From Octopus sinensis (Eukaryota), in NCBI RefSeq assembly GCF_006345805.1, contig NW_021836158.1, positions 1-64,000 on the forward strand: a stretch of DNA of 64,000 bases, in the 5' to 3' direction. A program made the translations under genes and the position numbers. The notes below the pieces were generated by a model that did not search any database, was not told where the DNA came from, and saw only the letters and a program-made list of their open reading frames with translations. Below are positions 51,427 to 64,000 of the stretch, one piece after another. The stretch's first letter is position 1, and each line of letters starts with the position of its first letter.

Positions 51427-52458
51427 ATGTATCAGTATACTTATTTTTTAATTTTTGTATATGTTTATTATTATTTTTTTGAAAAAAACATTGTAAATTT
51501 CTTTTTTCCCTTTCCTCAATTTACAAAAATTTCTTTTCACCTTTCAAATCTTGAAAATTTGCATTGCAATGAAAACCAGTTAGAGTTATTATTTTTAAGT
51601 TATTGTTATTCGAATTGGTTACGGGCATGAAACAATCGTAGTGGTTTTACTCTTTATCTTATATTAAACTTTTAATACTTTTTGATTGTTATAAAATAAA
51701 AAATAAATAAATAAATAAATAAAATAATAACAATATATATATATATATTTAAAAATTTATAAGTTTAAATTATTAATTTAAATAATTTTTTAAATTTGAA
51801 CTTTAATTTAAATATTTTCATTTTGAATTTTATATTTTATATATTTTTTATTAATTCATGTATCAGTATACTTATTTTTTAATTTTTGTATATGTTTATT
51901 ATTATTTTTTTGAAAAAAACATTGTAAATTTCTTTTTTCCCTTTCCTCAATTTACAAAAATTTCTTTTCACCTTTCAAATCTTGAAAATTTGCATTGCAA
52001 TGAAAACCAGTTAGAGTTATTATTTTTAAGTTATTGTTATTCGAATTGGTTACGGGCATGAAACAATCGTAGTGGTTTTACTCTTTATCTTATATTAAAC
52101 TTTTAATACTTTTTGATTGTTATAAAATAAAAAATAAATAAATAAATAAATAAAATAATAACAATATATATATATATATTTAAAAATTTATAAGTTTAAA
52201 TTATTAATTTAAATAATTTTTTAAATTTGAACTTTAATTAAATATTTTCATTTTGAATTTTATATTTTATATATTTTTTATTAATTCATGTATCAGTATA
52301 CTTATTTTTTAATTTTTGTATATGTTTATTATTATTTTTTTGAAAAAAACATTGTAAATTTCTTTTTTCCCTTTCCTCAATTTACAAAAATTTCTTTTCA
52401 CCTTTCAAATCTTGAAAATTTGCATTGCAATGAAAACCAGTTAGAGTTATTATTTTTA
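51427..52458 (+). repeat. Tandem duplication of a 430-bp AT-rich unit (2.4 copies)
   Basis: atgtatcagtatac at 51427, 51858 and 52288; copies essentially identical. Confidence 0.92.
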
Positions 52459-52611
52459 AAATTTTTCATACACCCATTTTTATTAAAATTTACCTTCAAT
52501 TTAGCATTTTGCCATTTTATAATTTTCCTCTCCTATATATGTGACCTCGTGAGTACTGCCAGCGATTTTTTTTCCTCTGTCTTCCCTTCTCGGGATCTTT
52601 CCTTCTCCTAT

Positions 52612-52646
52612 GTTTCCGACGAAGAGCTCCGCTCGAAACATTAAAC
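52612..52646 (+). ncRNA. Hammerhead-like variant (CCGACGA core, AUU site), paralog of 23115-23149
   Basis: gttt-CCGACGA-a-gagc-tcc-gctc-GAAAC-ATT-aaac. Confidence 0.5.
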
Positions 52647-52788
52647 CCTCCTCCTTCCCTTCTTTCCTGAGCGTCCAATAATACTTTATTTGTTCCACAT
52701 CCTCGCGTTGCTGTGTTTTTTTTGTGTTTTCTTGTTTGGATTAACTTTATATATATATATATATATATATACTTGTTTGGATTAACTT

Positions 52789-52828
<40 letters not shown>

Positions 52829-52973
52829 CCTTTGTGTCTGTGTTTCTTCCCGCTTCTACTTGCTTGTCAACCAGTATTGGTGTGTTTACATCCCCATAAC
52901 TTAGTTGAAGATCGATTCATTTGACTAAGAGTGGGGAGAAACACAGACACAAAGGCACACACATACTGATGAT

Positions 52974-53880
52974 TTGGGTTGTCTGGAAAGTTCGTGCCAA
53001 TTTATAGTAGCTTATCTTTCAACTTATTTTAGAACATGGTTGAGTCCATAAAATAGGATTTGACTACACCTCCATTTAGAACATAGTTTAAGCTATCTTT
53101 TCGTGGAAGAAGGTTTATGTTCCTATAACCTGTGGTAATTCTGTAACCCTTTAAAATGGAAGATAAGAAAGTTCATTTTCAGCACTTGATGCTTTTCTTT
53201 TTCCATAAACCAAAGAAATATGTGCAGTTTATGGTGATGTTTCTTTATCCGAAAGAACATTATGGAAGTGGTTCGCATGGTTCCGAGCTGGATATTGTAG
53301 CCTTATTGATAAAGAGTGATCAGGCAGACCAACCACTACAGATGAGCAAATCAAGTCATTAATTGAGAATAACCCACATTGCACAACCTGAGAATTGGCA
53401 GAAAGCCTCAACCTATCAAAATCCGTCGTTCATGAGCACCTGGTAAAGCTTGGGTACACAAATCGCTATGATGTTTGGGTACCACATGAGTTGAGTGAGA
53501 AGAACCTTTTGGATCACATTTCCATCTGTGATTCACTTTATAAATGAAATGAAAATGCACCTTTTTTAAAGCAAACAGGTGATGAGAAATGGATTATCTA
53601 CTGAAATGTTCAGAGAAAGCGATCCTGGAGTAAGCGACAGGAGCCACCCTTAGCCACTCCAAAAGCGAGTCTTCACCCACCCAAAAAAAGTTTTGCTTTG
53701 TGTCTGGTGGGATTGGGAAGGAATTCTGCACTATGAGCTTCTCCCAAGTAACCAGACAATTAATTCTGAGAAATACTGCACACAACTGGACGAGTTAAAA
53801 GCAGCAATTCAAGAGAAACGTCCAGAATTGGCCAACAGGAAGGGTGTTGTTTTCCAACATGATAATGTAAGACCGCATTA
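52974..53880 (+). pseudogene. Mariner (Mos1/SETMAR-like) transposase relic, 3'-truncated
   Basis: MEDKKVHF.HLMLFFF, VWVPHELSEKN, TGDEKWIIY, KKVLLCVWWDWEGILHYELL, VVFQHDNVRPH; TIR-like ttgggttgtctggaaagttcgtgcc at 52974. Confidence 0.92.
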
Positions 53881-54655
53881 TCATTTCTTTGGGAACCAGA
53901 CAAAAAACAAATAAAAGATAAACGATATATATGCGTGTATGTGTGTCTGTGTGTGTCTGAGTGTGTACGTATGCAAGTGAATTTGCTTGTGTGTGTGTGT
54001 GTGTGTGTGTGTGAGTATGTATCAGTTTGTGTTTGAATGTGTCGATTTATCTGTCCATTAACTGGTGGAGAAGCCATGTTATCTATTTAAAAACACAGAG
54101 AAACTGTTAAATTTACTTTCTATTTATTTCTGGAGGTGACAAAATTTTTATCACATAACTGTGACCTGGTCACTGACAGAATTCCACTGCAACTGTTTCA
54201 AAACTTAGTTAATAGCCAGTTTTATTGGACTTGGGTTATTTTTTCTTGTTGAATTTAACAGTCATCTTTTATAGTCACGTTGATTGACTTTAACCTCATG
54301 ACATCAGTCATTGATTGATAATCATTAGTCACTTTTAGGTTTCATTCTTTTATCTGTTTACAATGTTAGTATATATCACTGTCAACATCCCAACCCTTTT
54401 CTTCTTTCTTCTTCTTTTTCTTCTCCAACGTTTTCAATTTGTGCATCTGCTGTTTGCTATATATATAAACATAAGATATTTTAGTATATATCTCTTTCAT
54501 GATATATGTCTACAAGCATAAAAAATGTCCATTAAATTTTATTTTAAAAGTGTTTTTAAAAAGAAGCAATTTTGTTACAATTATATGTTCCTGTCTATAT
54601 AAACTTATAATTGTACGCATGCATTACATATATATACATATATAAATATATATAT

Positions 54656-55060
54656 AGGCGCAGGAGTGGCTGTGTGGTATGTAGCTTGCTTACCAGCCAC
54701 ATGGTTCCGGGTTCAGTCTGTGGCACCTTTGACAAGTGTCTTCTACTATAGCCTTGGGTTGCCCAAAGCCTTGTGAGTGGATTTGGTAGACAGAAACTGA
54801 AAGAAGCCTGTCGTATATATGTATATATATATACGTATGTGTGTATATATGTTTGTGTGTCTGTGTTTGTCCCCCCAACATCGCTTGACAACCGATGGTG
54901 GTGTGTTTACATCCCTGTAACTTAGTAGTTCAGCAAAATTGACTGATAAAATAAGTACTAGGCTTACAAAGAATAAGTCCTGTGGTTGATTTGCTCGACT
55001 AAAGGCTGTGTTCCAGCATGGCTGCAGTCAAATGACTGAAACAAGTAAAAGAGTAAAAGA
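54656..55060 (+). mobile_element. SINE family A
   Basis: Consensus match. Confidence 0.9.
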
Positions 55061-55239
55061 TATATATATATATATATATACACACATACACACACACACA
55101 CATATACATACATATGTATATATATAAATCAATATATGTATAAATGTATGTATATATATATAAACGCATTCACAGACTCACACACACACAAACATATGTA
55201 TATATATGTGTGTGTGTGTGTATATCAGTGCCGCATTGA

Positions 55240-55442
55240 TTGTGGCACCAACCGATCGTGGCCATTGCCAGCCTCCCCTGGCACCTATGCCGGTGGCATA
55301 TAAAAAGCACCCACTACACTCATGGAGTGGTTGGTGTTAGGAAGGGTATCCAACTGTAGAAACATTGCCAGATCAGACTGGAGCCTGGTGCTAGCATGGA
55401 AAACGGATGTTAAACGATGATGATGATAAAGACGATGATGAT
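55240..55442 (+). mobile_element. RTE LINE 3' end
   Basis: ggaagggtatccaactgtagaaac ... ggatgttaaac(gat)n. Confidence 0.8.
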
Positions 55443-55919
55443 ATACATGTCTGAACACATTTGTATATGTACACACACAAGCATACACAGATGCATAGAT
55501 ACACAACACTAGTTTAAGTAGAAGAGAAGAAAGTGCATTTCCAGTGTGTAGCACATTAGTGTTAAACCATTCAAACTTACAGCTCAGACTGGTTCCTATT
55601 CCAGTATGTAAACTGATTCAGTTACCTGCCTAAACATTGTATTATAAAGATGTAATGTGATATCTATACCATAGATATGATATCTATGCAGAGTTTATTG
55701 ATTGGACCATTGTTTTCACCTCGTGCATGATGGAAAAAAATTAATTTGAGTTTTTTTTTTAAACTAGCTGTTTCAATGCTCACCTGTTCTTTCCCTAATA
55801 CTATGAGTTGTCTCTCCATTTTCAGTTTCAGGGAAGTCAGTACATATTTCTTCTTGGCACTTTATAAAGCATGCTGTTATGTGGATTTGTTCGTACATAT
55901 TTTACAACAATTTCCTCAG

Positions 55920-55996
55920 GAGTCATTGTCAAAAGGATGAAACTCAGAAATGATCTGAAAGAGTCAATGAAGATCCTAGTTTACTTTGTTAAATAT
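55920..55996 (+). CDS. Candidate coding exon (GVIVKRMKLRNDLKESMKILVYFVKY)
   Basis: caatttcctcag| acceptor, TAT|gtgaga donor; phase 1 to 0, compatible with 58679-58818. Confidence 0.45.
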
Positions 55997-56143
55997 GTGA
56001 GATTTTTAATACATCAGTGCTCCAAGCAAAATATTTTTGTCTTTATCATTGAGTTCTTTATAAATTCTTTGTGTGAACTACTTCTTCAACATAAATTTTA
56101 ATTCAAATTTAGTTTTATTTATACATATGTATATATGTGTCTA

Positions 56144-56201
<58 letters not shown>

Positions 56202-56262
56202 TATATATCTATAATCTACATACATCCTTAGATAAGTACAGGCATACATACACATGCATTCA

Positions 56263-56297
<35 letters not shown>

Positions 56298-56599
56298 GCA
56301 CATACACACACACATATATATATATCATCATCGTTTAACATCCGTTTTCCGCGCTAGCATGGGTTATATATATATATAATACACACACACACATCCTCTA
56401 TGGGCATATGATGAGGATGATGATACATATACATACTAACTTACATATACACATTCACACATAAAGTATGGTTGGGAAGCAAACTTCTCTACCACAAACG
56501 CATGCACTTATACATACATACATACATACATACATACATAAACATACATACATACATACATACATGCAAACATACGTACATGGATTCTTGCATACATAC

Positions 56600-56870
56600 A
56601 TAAATGGTGGTTGTCGACTCCTTGTGTAGAGTCTGACCACTTCTTGTACCTACACCTTAGATCCATCATCGCATCTGATGTGACTTTTTAAACCAGACAA
56701 TGTTTTGAAAAGACACCCACTTAGATTGCATATCCAATTTGGACCACCAAGAGCTGCAGTTAAGTTCTGATCTTTATGGATCTTAAAATGTCTTTTGAGG
56801 CCTTTGTTAGATTTGCAGACTTTATGGCATACATGGCATTGGAATGTGTTTTGTCAATTCTCATGTCACA
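56600..56870 (-). mobile_element. RTE C-terminal fragment with a zinc-finger remnant
   Basis: GGPNWICNLSGCLFKTLSGLKSHIR on the minus strand. Confidence 0.6.
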
Positions 56871-56871
56871 T

Positions 56872-58415
56872 AAATGCATACATACATACATACATACATA
56901 CATACATACATACATACATACATACATACATACATACATACATACATGCATGCATACATACATATGCATACACACATCTATACACATATATATACTTATA
57001 AACCTCCACTCACACACAAATATACATACATGCATGCATACATACATACATACATACATACATACATCATACATACATACATACATACATACATACATAC
57101 ATACATACATACATACATACATACACACATATATACACTTCTAAACCTCCACTCACACACAAATATACATACATACATACATACATGCATACATACATAC
57201 ATACATACATACATACACACATACACACATACATACATACATAGATACATACATACATACATACATACATACATACATACACACATACAAACATACACAC
57301 ATACACACATACATACACACATACACATACACATACATACATACATACATACATACATACACACATAGATACATACATACATACATACATAGATACATAC
57401 ATACATACACACATACACACATACACACATACATACACACATACACATACACATACATACATACATACATACATACATACATACATTCATACATACATAC
57501 ACACATATATACACTTCTAAACCTCCACTCACACACAAATATACATACATACATACATGCAAGCATACATACATACATACATACATACATACATACATAC
57601 ATACATACATAGATACATACATACATACATACATAGATACATACATACATACACACATACACACATACACACATACATACACACATACACATACACATAC
57701 ATACATACATACATACATACATACATACATACATAGATACATACATACATACATACATAGATACATACATACATACACACATACACACATACACACATAC
57801 ATACACACATACACATACACATACATACATACATACATACATACATACATACATTCATACATACATACACACATATATACACTTCTAAACCTCCACTCAC
57901 ACACAAATATACATACATACATACATGCAAGCATACATACATACATACATACATACATACATACATACATACATACATAGATACATACATACATACATAC
58001 ATAGATACATACATACATACACACATACACACATACACACATACATACACACATACACATACACATACATACATACATACATACATACATACATACATAC
58101 ATAGATACATACATACATACATACATAGATACATACATACATACACACATACACACATACACACATACATACACACATACACATACACATACATACATAC
58201 ATACATACATACATACATACATACATTCATACATACATACACACATATATACACTTCTAAACCTCCACTCACACACAAATATACATACATACATACATAC
58301 ATACATACATACATACATACATACATACATACATACATAGATACATACATACATACATACATAGATACATACATTCATACATACATACATGTATACATAC
58401 ATACATACGTACATG
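56872..58415. repeat. (TACA)n satellite with a higher-order period of about 370 bp
   Basis: Marker aacctccactcacacacaaat at 57001, 57144, 57520, 57888 and 58260. Confidence 0.95.
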
Positions 58416-58678
58416 TGTATATATATTTATTGAAAATATATATATAATTATTTCCCTAAAAATTCTTCTTCTTTTCTCTTCACATCTGGTGCCTTTCTCC
58501 TGGCAGTTGCCATGCATGATAGTAAAGAACTGATCTTGTTTAATAAACACACAGACAGAAGAATTGGGGAACTCTTTTCTAAACAGTATAAATGTACTAT
58601 ATCCCTATGTCAATAGTTGTTTGTGAGTGTTGTTATTCTTGTCTTTATTCTTCTTGTTATTTTCATTAGTATAAATAG

Positions 58679-58818
58679 TTCTGGTTGTTGTTCTTGTTTC
58701 CAATGATGGATGATCTACGTGGCTATTTTGCAATGAATAGGATTGAATTGGGCATGATAATCACTGATATTTTACAAAAGCCCCAAAGAGATGGATTAGT
58801 TGCTGGATCAGATGACAG
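58679..58818 (+). CDS. Candidate coding exon (FWLLFLFPMMDDLRGYFAMNRIELGMIITDILQKPQRDGLVAGSDDR)
   Basis: Long T-rich tract ...ataaatag| and CAG|gtaaga donor; 140 nt open, phase 0 to 2. An alternative acceptor lies at 58741. Confidence 0.5.
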
Positions 58819-58878
58819 GTAAGATTGATCACAACAAGAACAATGATAATGTTGATATTGGTGAGGATGTTGTTGTTG

Positions 58879-58929
<51 letters not shown>

Positions 58930-60349
58930 ATATTGAGAAATGGAAACTGGGTGGAAAATAAACTAGATATAAATTAAAGAAACTTTCAGTCAATATGAAG
59001 CCAAAATAAGTAGAAGAAAATGAAGCGATTCAATAAATACCTGAACAGACAATTAGATTGAGTGATAGACAGACAATCAGATGGACTATATAGATGGAAA
59101 TACAAACAAAAAAGAAAAGCAACAAAAAGAAATAGAAAAATAGGAAAATGGAGAAAAGATTAGAAAAATGGAGAAGAAATATTTTATTGCAATTTCAGAA
59201 GGAAGAATATGCTCTAAATTCTTGAAAACAGATTAATTATGGGTATTGGGTAGAAAAGTAAAAATGGTAGAAAAAGGATTTAGCGCTAGTGTTAAGACAG
59301 TTCTGATCAGACATTTGACGCTAGGATGCTTTTTTTCTTAAGTATGCAAGATGAATTTATTTATTGGAATTGTTAGCTGTCTGGATAGATTGATGGCCAG
59401 TTAACATTTATGCAAACTGCTTATATACACATAATTTGTATATTCGTGCGTATGTGTACACAACTGTTATTCTTTATTATAACTATTATTATCTTTTTAA
59501 GGGTAAATATACTCTGCCCTGTTGGAGTCTTTTGCAGCTCCACAGTTGAATAGCTTAGTTACAAACTTTTATTTCCTTTACTTTATAGCATTGTTGTAGA
59601 ATGTGATACTTTGCAGATATGCAGTTTTCTGAACTCCAACAATGGAAGTTGCTCATTGTCAATTCTTTAATTCTTTTTCCATACCATATTTTACATTCCT
59701 AATGCTTCTATACTGACTTTGGATGTATCTGTTTTCATACCCCACTTTCTTGTGATTTTGGTTTCCAGCTCACCACATTTAGCAAGTTTTTTTCAACTTT
59801 CTTTAACAACATTTTGTTGCCATTTGACCAAACCACAATTATTACTGTATAAACCTACATCTCTTGGTTCACTCTGGTTGGTTCACTCTTACTTCTTTGT
59901 CAACATGTCCTTTCATATCTCAGAGAATCACACCATTTTCACTTCCTAGCACAGCCTCTAGAATATGCTTAAATAATTTTTCTACAGCTGAAAGCCTTCA
60001 TTTCCATGCATGCCTTCAAGTGGAGGCAGATAGCAGCCCTGTGATATCTCCTGATGTATTCTGACATATCCTATGTGAAGCATCCATCTAGAATGTGACT
60101 GATGTTCTCATCAAACCTTCCACATACAGCATCCTGGCTAAACATTATCTTCAGGATATACCTGTGTCTCTAGCTTGGAGACACTAGTCCTGAGCTGCAA
60201 TTATTAGGCCTTCAATTTCTCTTACCAGCTGTATTCCTTGAAGTTAGGTATAGGTCTGTTATTTGTCACAGTATGGTTTATTTATTTGTTTTGGGAATGT
60301 CTTCAAAAAGGTTTCATTTTCTTAAGTCATTTTTATTTTCTTGGTTGAT

Positions 60350-60680
60350 CATCATCATCATCATCATCATCGTTTAACGTCCGTTCTCCATGCTAGCACG
60401 GGTTGGATGGTTCGACTGGGGTCTGGGAAGCCAGGGGCTGCACCAGGCTCCAGTCTTATCTGGCAATGTTTCTACAGCTGGATGCCCTTCCTAACGCCAA
60501 CCACTCCGTGAGTGTAGTGGGTGCTTTTTACGTGCCACCCGCACAGGTGCCAGGCGAGGCTGGCAACGGCCACGGTCGGATTGGTGCATTTTACGTGCCA
60601 CCGGCACGGAAGCCAGTCAAGGCGGCACTGGCTTCGGCCACGATTTGGATGGTGCTTTTTACGTGCCACCGGCACGGACT
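60350..60680 (-). mobile_element. RTE LINE 3' end with (GAT)n tail
   Basis: (cat)n-cgtttaacgtccg ... ggatgcccttcctaacgccaaccac ... acgtgccacc repeats. Confidence 0.88.
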
Positions 60681-60915
60681 CCGTTTTATTTCTTTCACAT
60701 TGCCTGTATGCTTAGCACTAAAATTGTTTATGATTTTTGAGGAATCTGTGGGTGGAGTATGTATTTCTGTTGAATATTTTTGTATTTCCTTATAGATTGG
60801 GTGCAAACTTTTGCTTTTGTCATGCTTTGCAACTTCATGTAATTGGGTTTGCATGTTTTGTGGGTAAATTAGTGTTCAGCACGATTGTCACTCTCATACA
60901 CACTAATGCGTCCAG

Positions 60916-60960
60916 GGGAGATGAAGCCCATCAACTCTTTAGCTCCTTATCTAAGAGAAG
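60916..60960 (+). CDS. Candidate 45-nt exon (GDEAHQLFSSLSKR in phase 2)
   Basis: gcgtccag| acceptor and AAG|gtaact donor; phase-compatible with 58679-58818. Confidence 0.3.
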
Positions 60961-61627
60961 GTAACTCCATTCAAATACTCCATCTTGATAACAACTGGGT
61001 TTATGGCATTTGTTGCACCAGACCAATACAAGTTTGCAGAGTGAGAGAGTGGGAATGGCTCTGCACAAACAATAATAAAAATAATGAAATTATTGTATAC
61101 AGTGCTCAGGTGCACCACAACTTGTCAAAAGAGATAATAATGCTCACTGCAATGACGTGCATCATGCAGGTTCTTCTGTAAACTAAGCCACCAGCACCAG
61201 CATCTTCACACTGTCTACTTAAGATCAGTAGACAAGACATTGAAATGAGAACATTATGCAGCTTTGTTCTGCTGAACTCTCATTTGTCAAAGCGATGAGA
61301 GAGTCCACACCATTTTTATATATAATCTCAATTCGTTGAATGTCTTTTCTTCGATTCTGCTAAAGGAATTTTATGCAATGTGTGCCATCTTTTGGGTAAT
61401 GTAGCTTAAGTTTAGTCTATAAGTCTGTTTTCGTGTCTATTTTGTTTATCCCTTACATATTCCAATTCACTGAAGAGAATACTTCACTAAGAGAATAATT
61501 GCTTCCATCTTATTTTTTAATTTATGTTCACTTTATAGAAGCATCCTCATCCTCTAACTATGTTCAGATAAAATTTTTACATTCTAACTTGCAGAATCTG
61601 TTCACCTTTATTGACCCACAAACATCT

Positions 61628-62051
61628 ACTCTTTTACTCTTTTACTCTTTTACTTGTTTCAGTCATTTGACTGTGGCCATGCTGGAGCACCACCTTTAGT
61701 TGAGCAAATCGACCCCGGGACTTATTTTTTGTAAGCCCAGTACTTATTCTATCGGTCTCTTTTGCTGAACCGCTAAGTGACGGGGACGTAAACACACCAG
61801 CATCGGTTGTCAAGCAATGCTAGGGGGACAAACACAGACATACAAACACATACACACACACATATATATACATACATACATATATACGACAGGCTTCTTT
61901 CAGTTTCCGTCTACCAAATCCACTCACAAGGCATTGGTCGGCCCAGGGCTATAGCAGAAGACACCTGCCCAAGATGCCACGCAGTGGGACTGAACCCAGA
62001 ACCATGTGGTTGGTTAGCAAGCTACTTACCACACAGCCACTCCTGTGCCTA
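61628..62051 (-). mobile_element. SINE family A
   Basis: Consensus match. Confidence 0.92.
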
Positions 62052-62338
62052 TATATTATTATTATTAGGAGAAATTATAATAAACTCAAGTTTATCTCAT
62101 TTGTTCCCTATGTACATTTTCCCATTGTTACTGTTCAGAACTCTGCTTTGGATGTTGCAAGTGTAGTTGAATGCTTAACCACAACAGATCATCAGGGAAC
62201 ACTTTACTGATTTATGTTACAAAGAACTAATGTCTGGACGATGATAATCTATGTGGAGCTCTAAACATAACAGTAGTCATCATACAGCTATTTGCACACA
62301 CAGGATACACTATGTTATTGTTATCAACTATTTTAAGA

Positions 62339-62546
62339 TGGCAAGCTGGCAGAACCATTGGTACACCAAACAAAGTGCTTAGCCGCAGTTTGTCTGTTCT
62401 TACGTTCTGAGTTCAAATTCAACCGAAATTAACTTTGCTTTCATCTTTTTAGGGCTGATGAAAAAAGTACCAGCTGAATACTGGAGTCGATGTAATCAAC
62501 TCTCCCTTTCCTCCGATTTCAGACCTTGTGCCTATAGTAAAAAGGA

Positions 62547-62595
<49 letters not shown>

Positions 62596-62598
62596 CAT

Positions 62599-62659
<61 letters not shown>

Positions 62660-63025
62660 GTTATTAAAGCAACAGGTTGAGAGAATTGTTGGCACACCAG
62701 GTAAAAGGCTTAGTGGAATTTTGTTTGTCCTTATGTTCTGAGTTCAAATTCCACCGAGGTTGACTTTGCTTTTCATCCTTTTGGGGTTGTGCCTATAGTA
62801 AAAGGGATTATTATCAACTATCTTAAGGCAGCTGGCTGGCAGAATGCTTAACTGCATTTTTCCTGTCCTTACATTCTGAGTTCAAATTCCACTGAGGTCA
62901 ACTTTACCTTTCATCTTTTTGGGGGTCGATGAAAAAAAGTACTAGTTGAGTATCAAGGTCAATATAATTGACTGTCTCCCTTCTCCAATTTCAGGCCTTG
63001 TGCCTATAGTAGAAAGGATTATTAT
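62339..63025 (+). mobile_element. Three head-to-tail SINE C copies with an (ATT)n(ACT)n tract
   Basis: ttctgagttcaaatt at about 62406, 62739 and 62875; each unit ends ttgtgcctatagta(a/g)aa.ggat.attatt. Confidence 0.8.
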
Positions 63026-63281
63026 CAACATTTTAAACGTCTGGCTCATTTTAGTATCTATGTCTATCACCCAGATCAACCACTCTATTTTGAAAGTGGT
63101 GTAGTCACATTTGTCAACTCTACATTTATATTGATGTCACAGCTGTCAAAAATTACTCTCTGCAAAAAAAAAATATATATATATATATTAAGGCTGTGTC
63201 AAAGCATATAACATGATGTCATCCATATAGACTAAGTGGCTGAAAACAGTCCATTAGATGTTGTAGCTATTTCCTGTACAG

Positions 63282-63302
63282 TTTAGGATTGCACTTAATG
63301 AG
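63282..63302 (+). CDS. Candidate 21-nt microexon
   Basis: tatttcctgtacag| acceptor and GAG|gtgaga donor; open in phase 0 (FRIALNE) and phase 2. Confidence 0.3.
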
Positions 63303-63637
63303 GTGAGAGCCAGACAAAACAAACATAATGACAGTAAATTTCCATGGAATATTCATGCTTTAATAGGAATTATACTGCTTTGTATAACACCTCACTCAAG
63401 ATTTTGTTTTCCACTTTAGTATACTATTTTTCCTGATTTCTATACCCCTGGTGATAATTCATACATACCTCTTGATGAATGGATCCATGTTACTTACCAT
63501 AATAAAATGTTTTATAGTTTATCCAGGCACTAGTAAGTTCCCCTGTTTCACCCTACAGCCTTCTATAATTGACTTGTTATCACAGTCATAAGATTACCTT
63601 CTAAAATCTTTTTGGTTCTCTTTTTCATGAATAAGAT

Positions 63638-64000
63638 AGGCGTAGGAGTGGCTGTGTGGTAAGTAGCTTGCTTACGAACCACATGGCTCCAGGTTCAGTC
63701 CCACTGAGTAGCACCTTGGGCAAGTGTCTTCTACTATGGCCTTGGGCCGACCAAAGCCTTGTAAGTGGATTTGGTAGACGGAAACTGAATGAAGCCCTAT
63801 ATATATATGTATATGTTTGTGTGTCTGTTGTTTGTCACCCCAACATCACTTGACAACCGATGCTGGTGTGTTTATGTCCCCGTAACTTAGCAGTTCGGCA
63901 AAAGAGACCGATAGAATAAGTACTAGGCTTACAAAGACTAAGTCCTGGAGTTGATTTGCTTGACTAAAGGTGGTGCTCCAGCATGGCCACAGTCAAATGA
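63638..64000 (+). mobile_element. SINE family A (runs off the window end)
   Basis: Consensus match. Confidence 0.9.

Noticed and set aside
51388-52644. Three copies of ORF MYQYTYFLIFVYV...
   Set aside because: Product of the 430-bp AT-rich tandem duplication; low-complexity peptide.
56874-58414. ORFs up to 472 aa of MYVC/HTYI repeats
   Set aside because: Translations of (TACA)n.
58750-58955. Minus-strand poly-His/poly-Gln open frame
   Set aside because: Explained by a (GCT)n(GAT)n microsatellite and overlaps the stronger plus-strand exon and donor at 58818.
59560-60200. Possible minus-strand RTE endonuclease remnant
   Set aside because: Similarity is too degraded to support by eye.
60916-60998. 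LRR-like peptide LAPYLREGNSIQILHLDNNW (and YLCQNQLQCLHTSLFNG at about 49850)
   Set aside because: Single isolated repeats; a strong internal donor at 60961 or an in-frame stop argues against them, and there is no LRR array.

Overview
AT-rich, repeat-saturated eukaryotic genomic DNA, probably a coleoid cephalopod (Octopus-like). That assignment is inferred from microsatellite density and the SINE/RTE repertoire, not verified. There are no prokaryotic features, intact long ORFs, rRNA, true tRNA genes or CRISPR arrays. The window holds three abundant tRNA-derived SINE families (here A, B, C) plus a fourth SINE, many RTE and CR1 LINE fragments, four Tc1/mariner relics, a hAT transposase relic, TTAA-flanked MITEs, non-autonomous Helitrons, and mini- and microsatellites. 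Several short plus-strand segments with good splice sites suggest the window is mostly intronic sequence of an unidentified multi-exon gene. The most notable signal is a set of at least six sequence-unrelated short elements carrying minimal type I hammerhead-ribozyme-like motifs (CUGANGA...GAAAC...GUH with a very short or palindromic stem III). Most lie next to (TA)n tracts and four lie inside fold-back inverted repeats, as expected for Penelope-like element pLTR remnants. Nearly all long ORFs in the supplied track are microsatellite or SINE artefacts.
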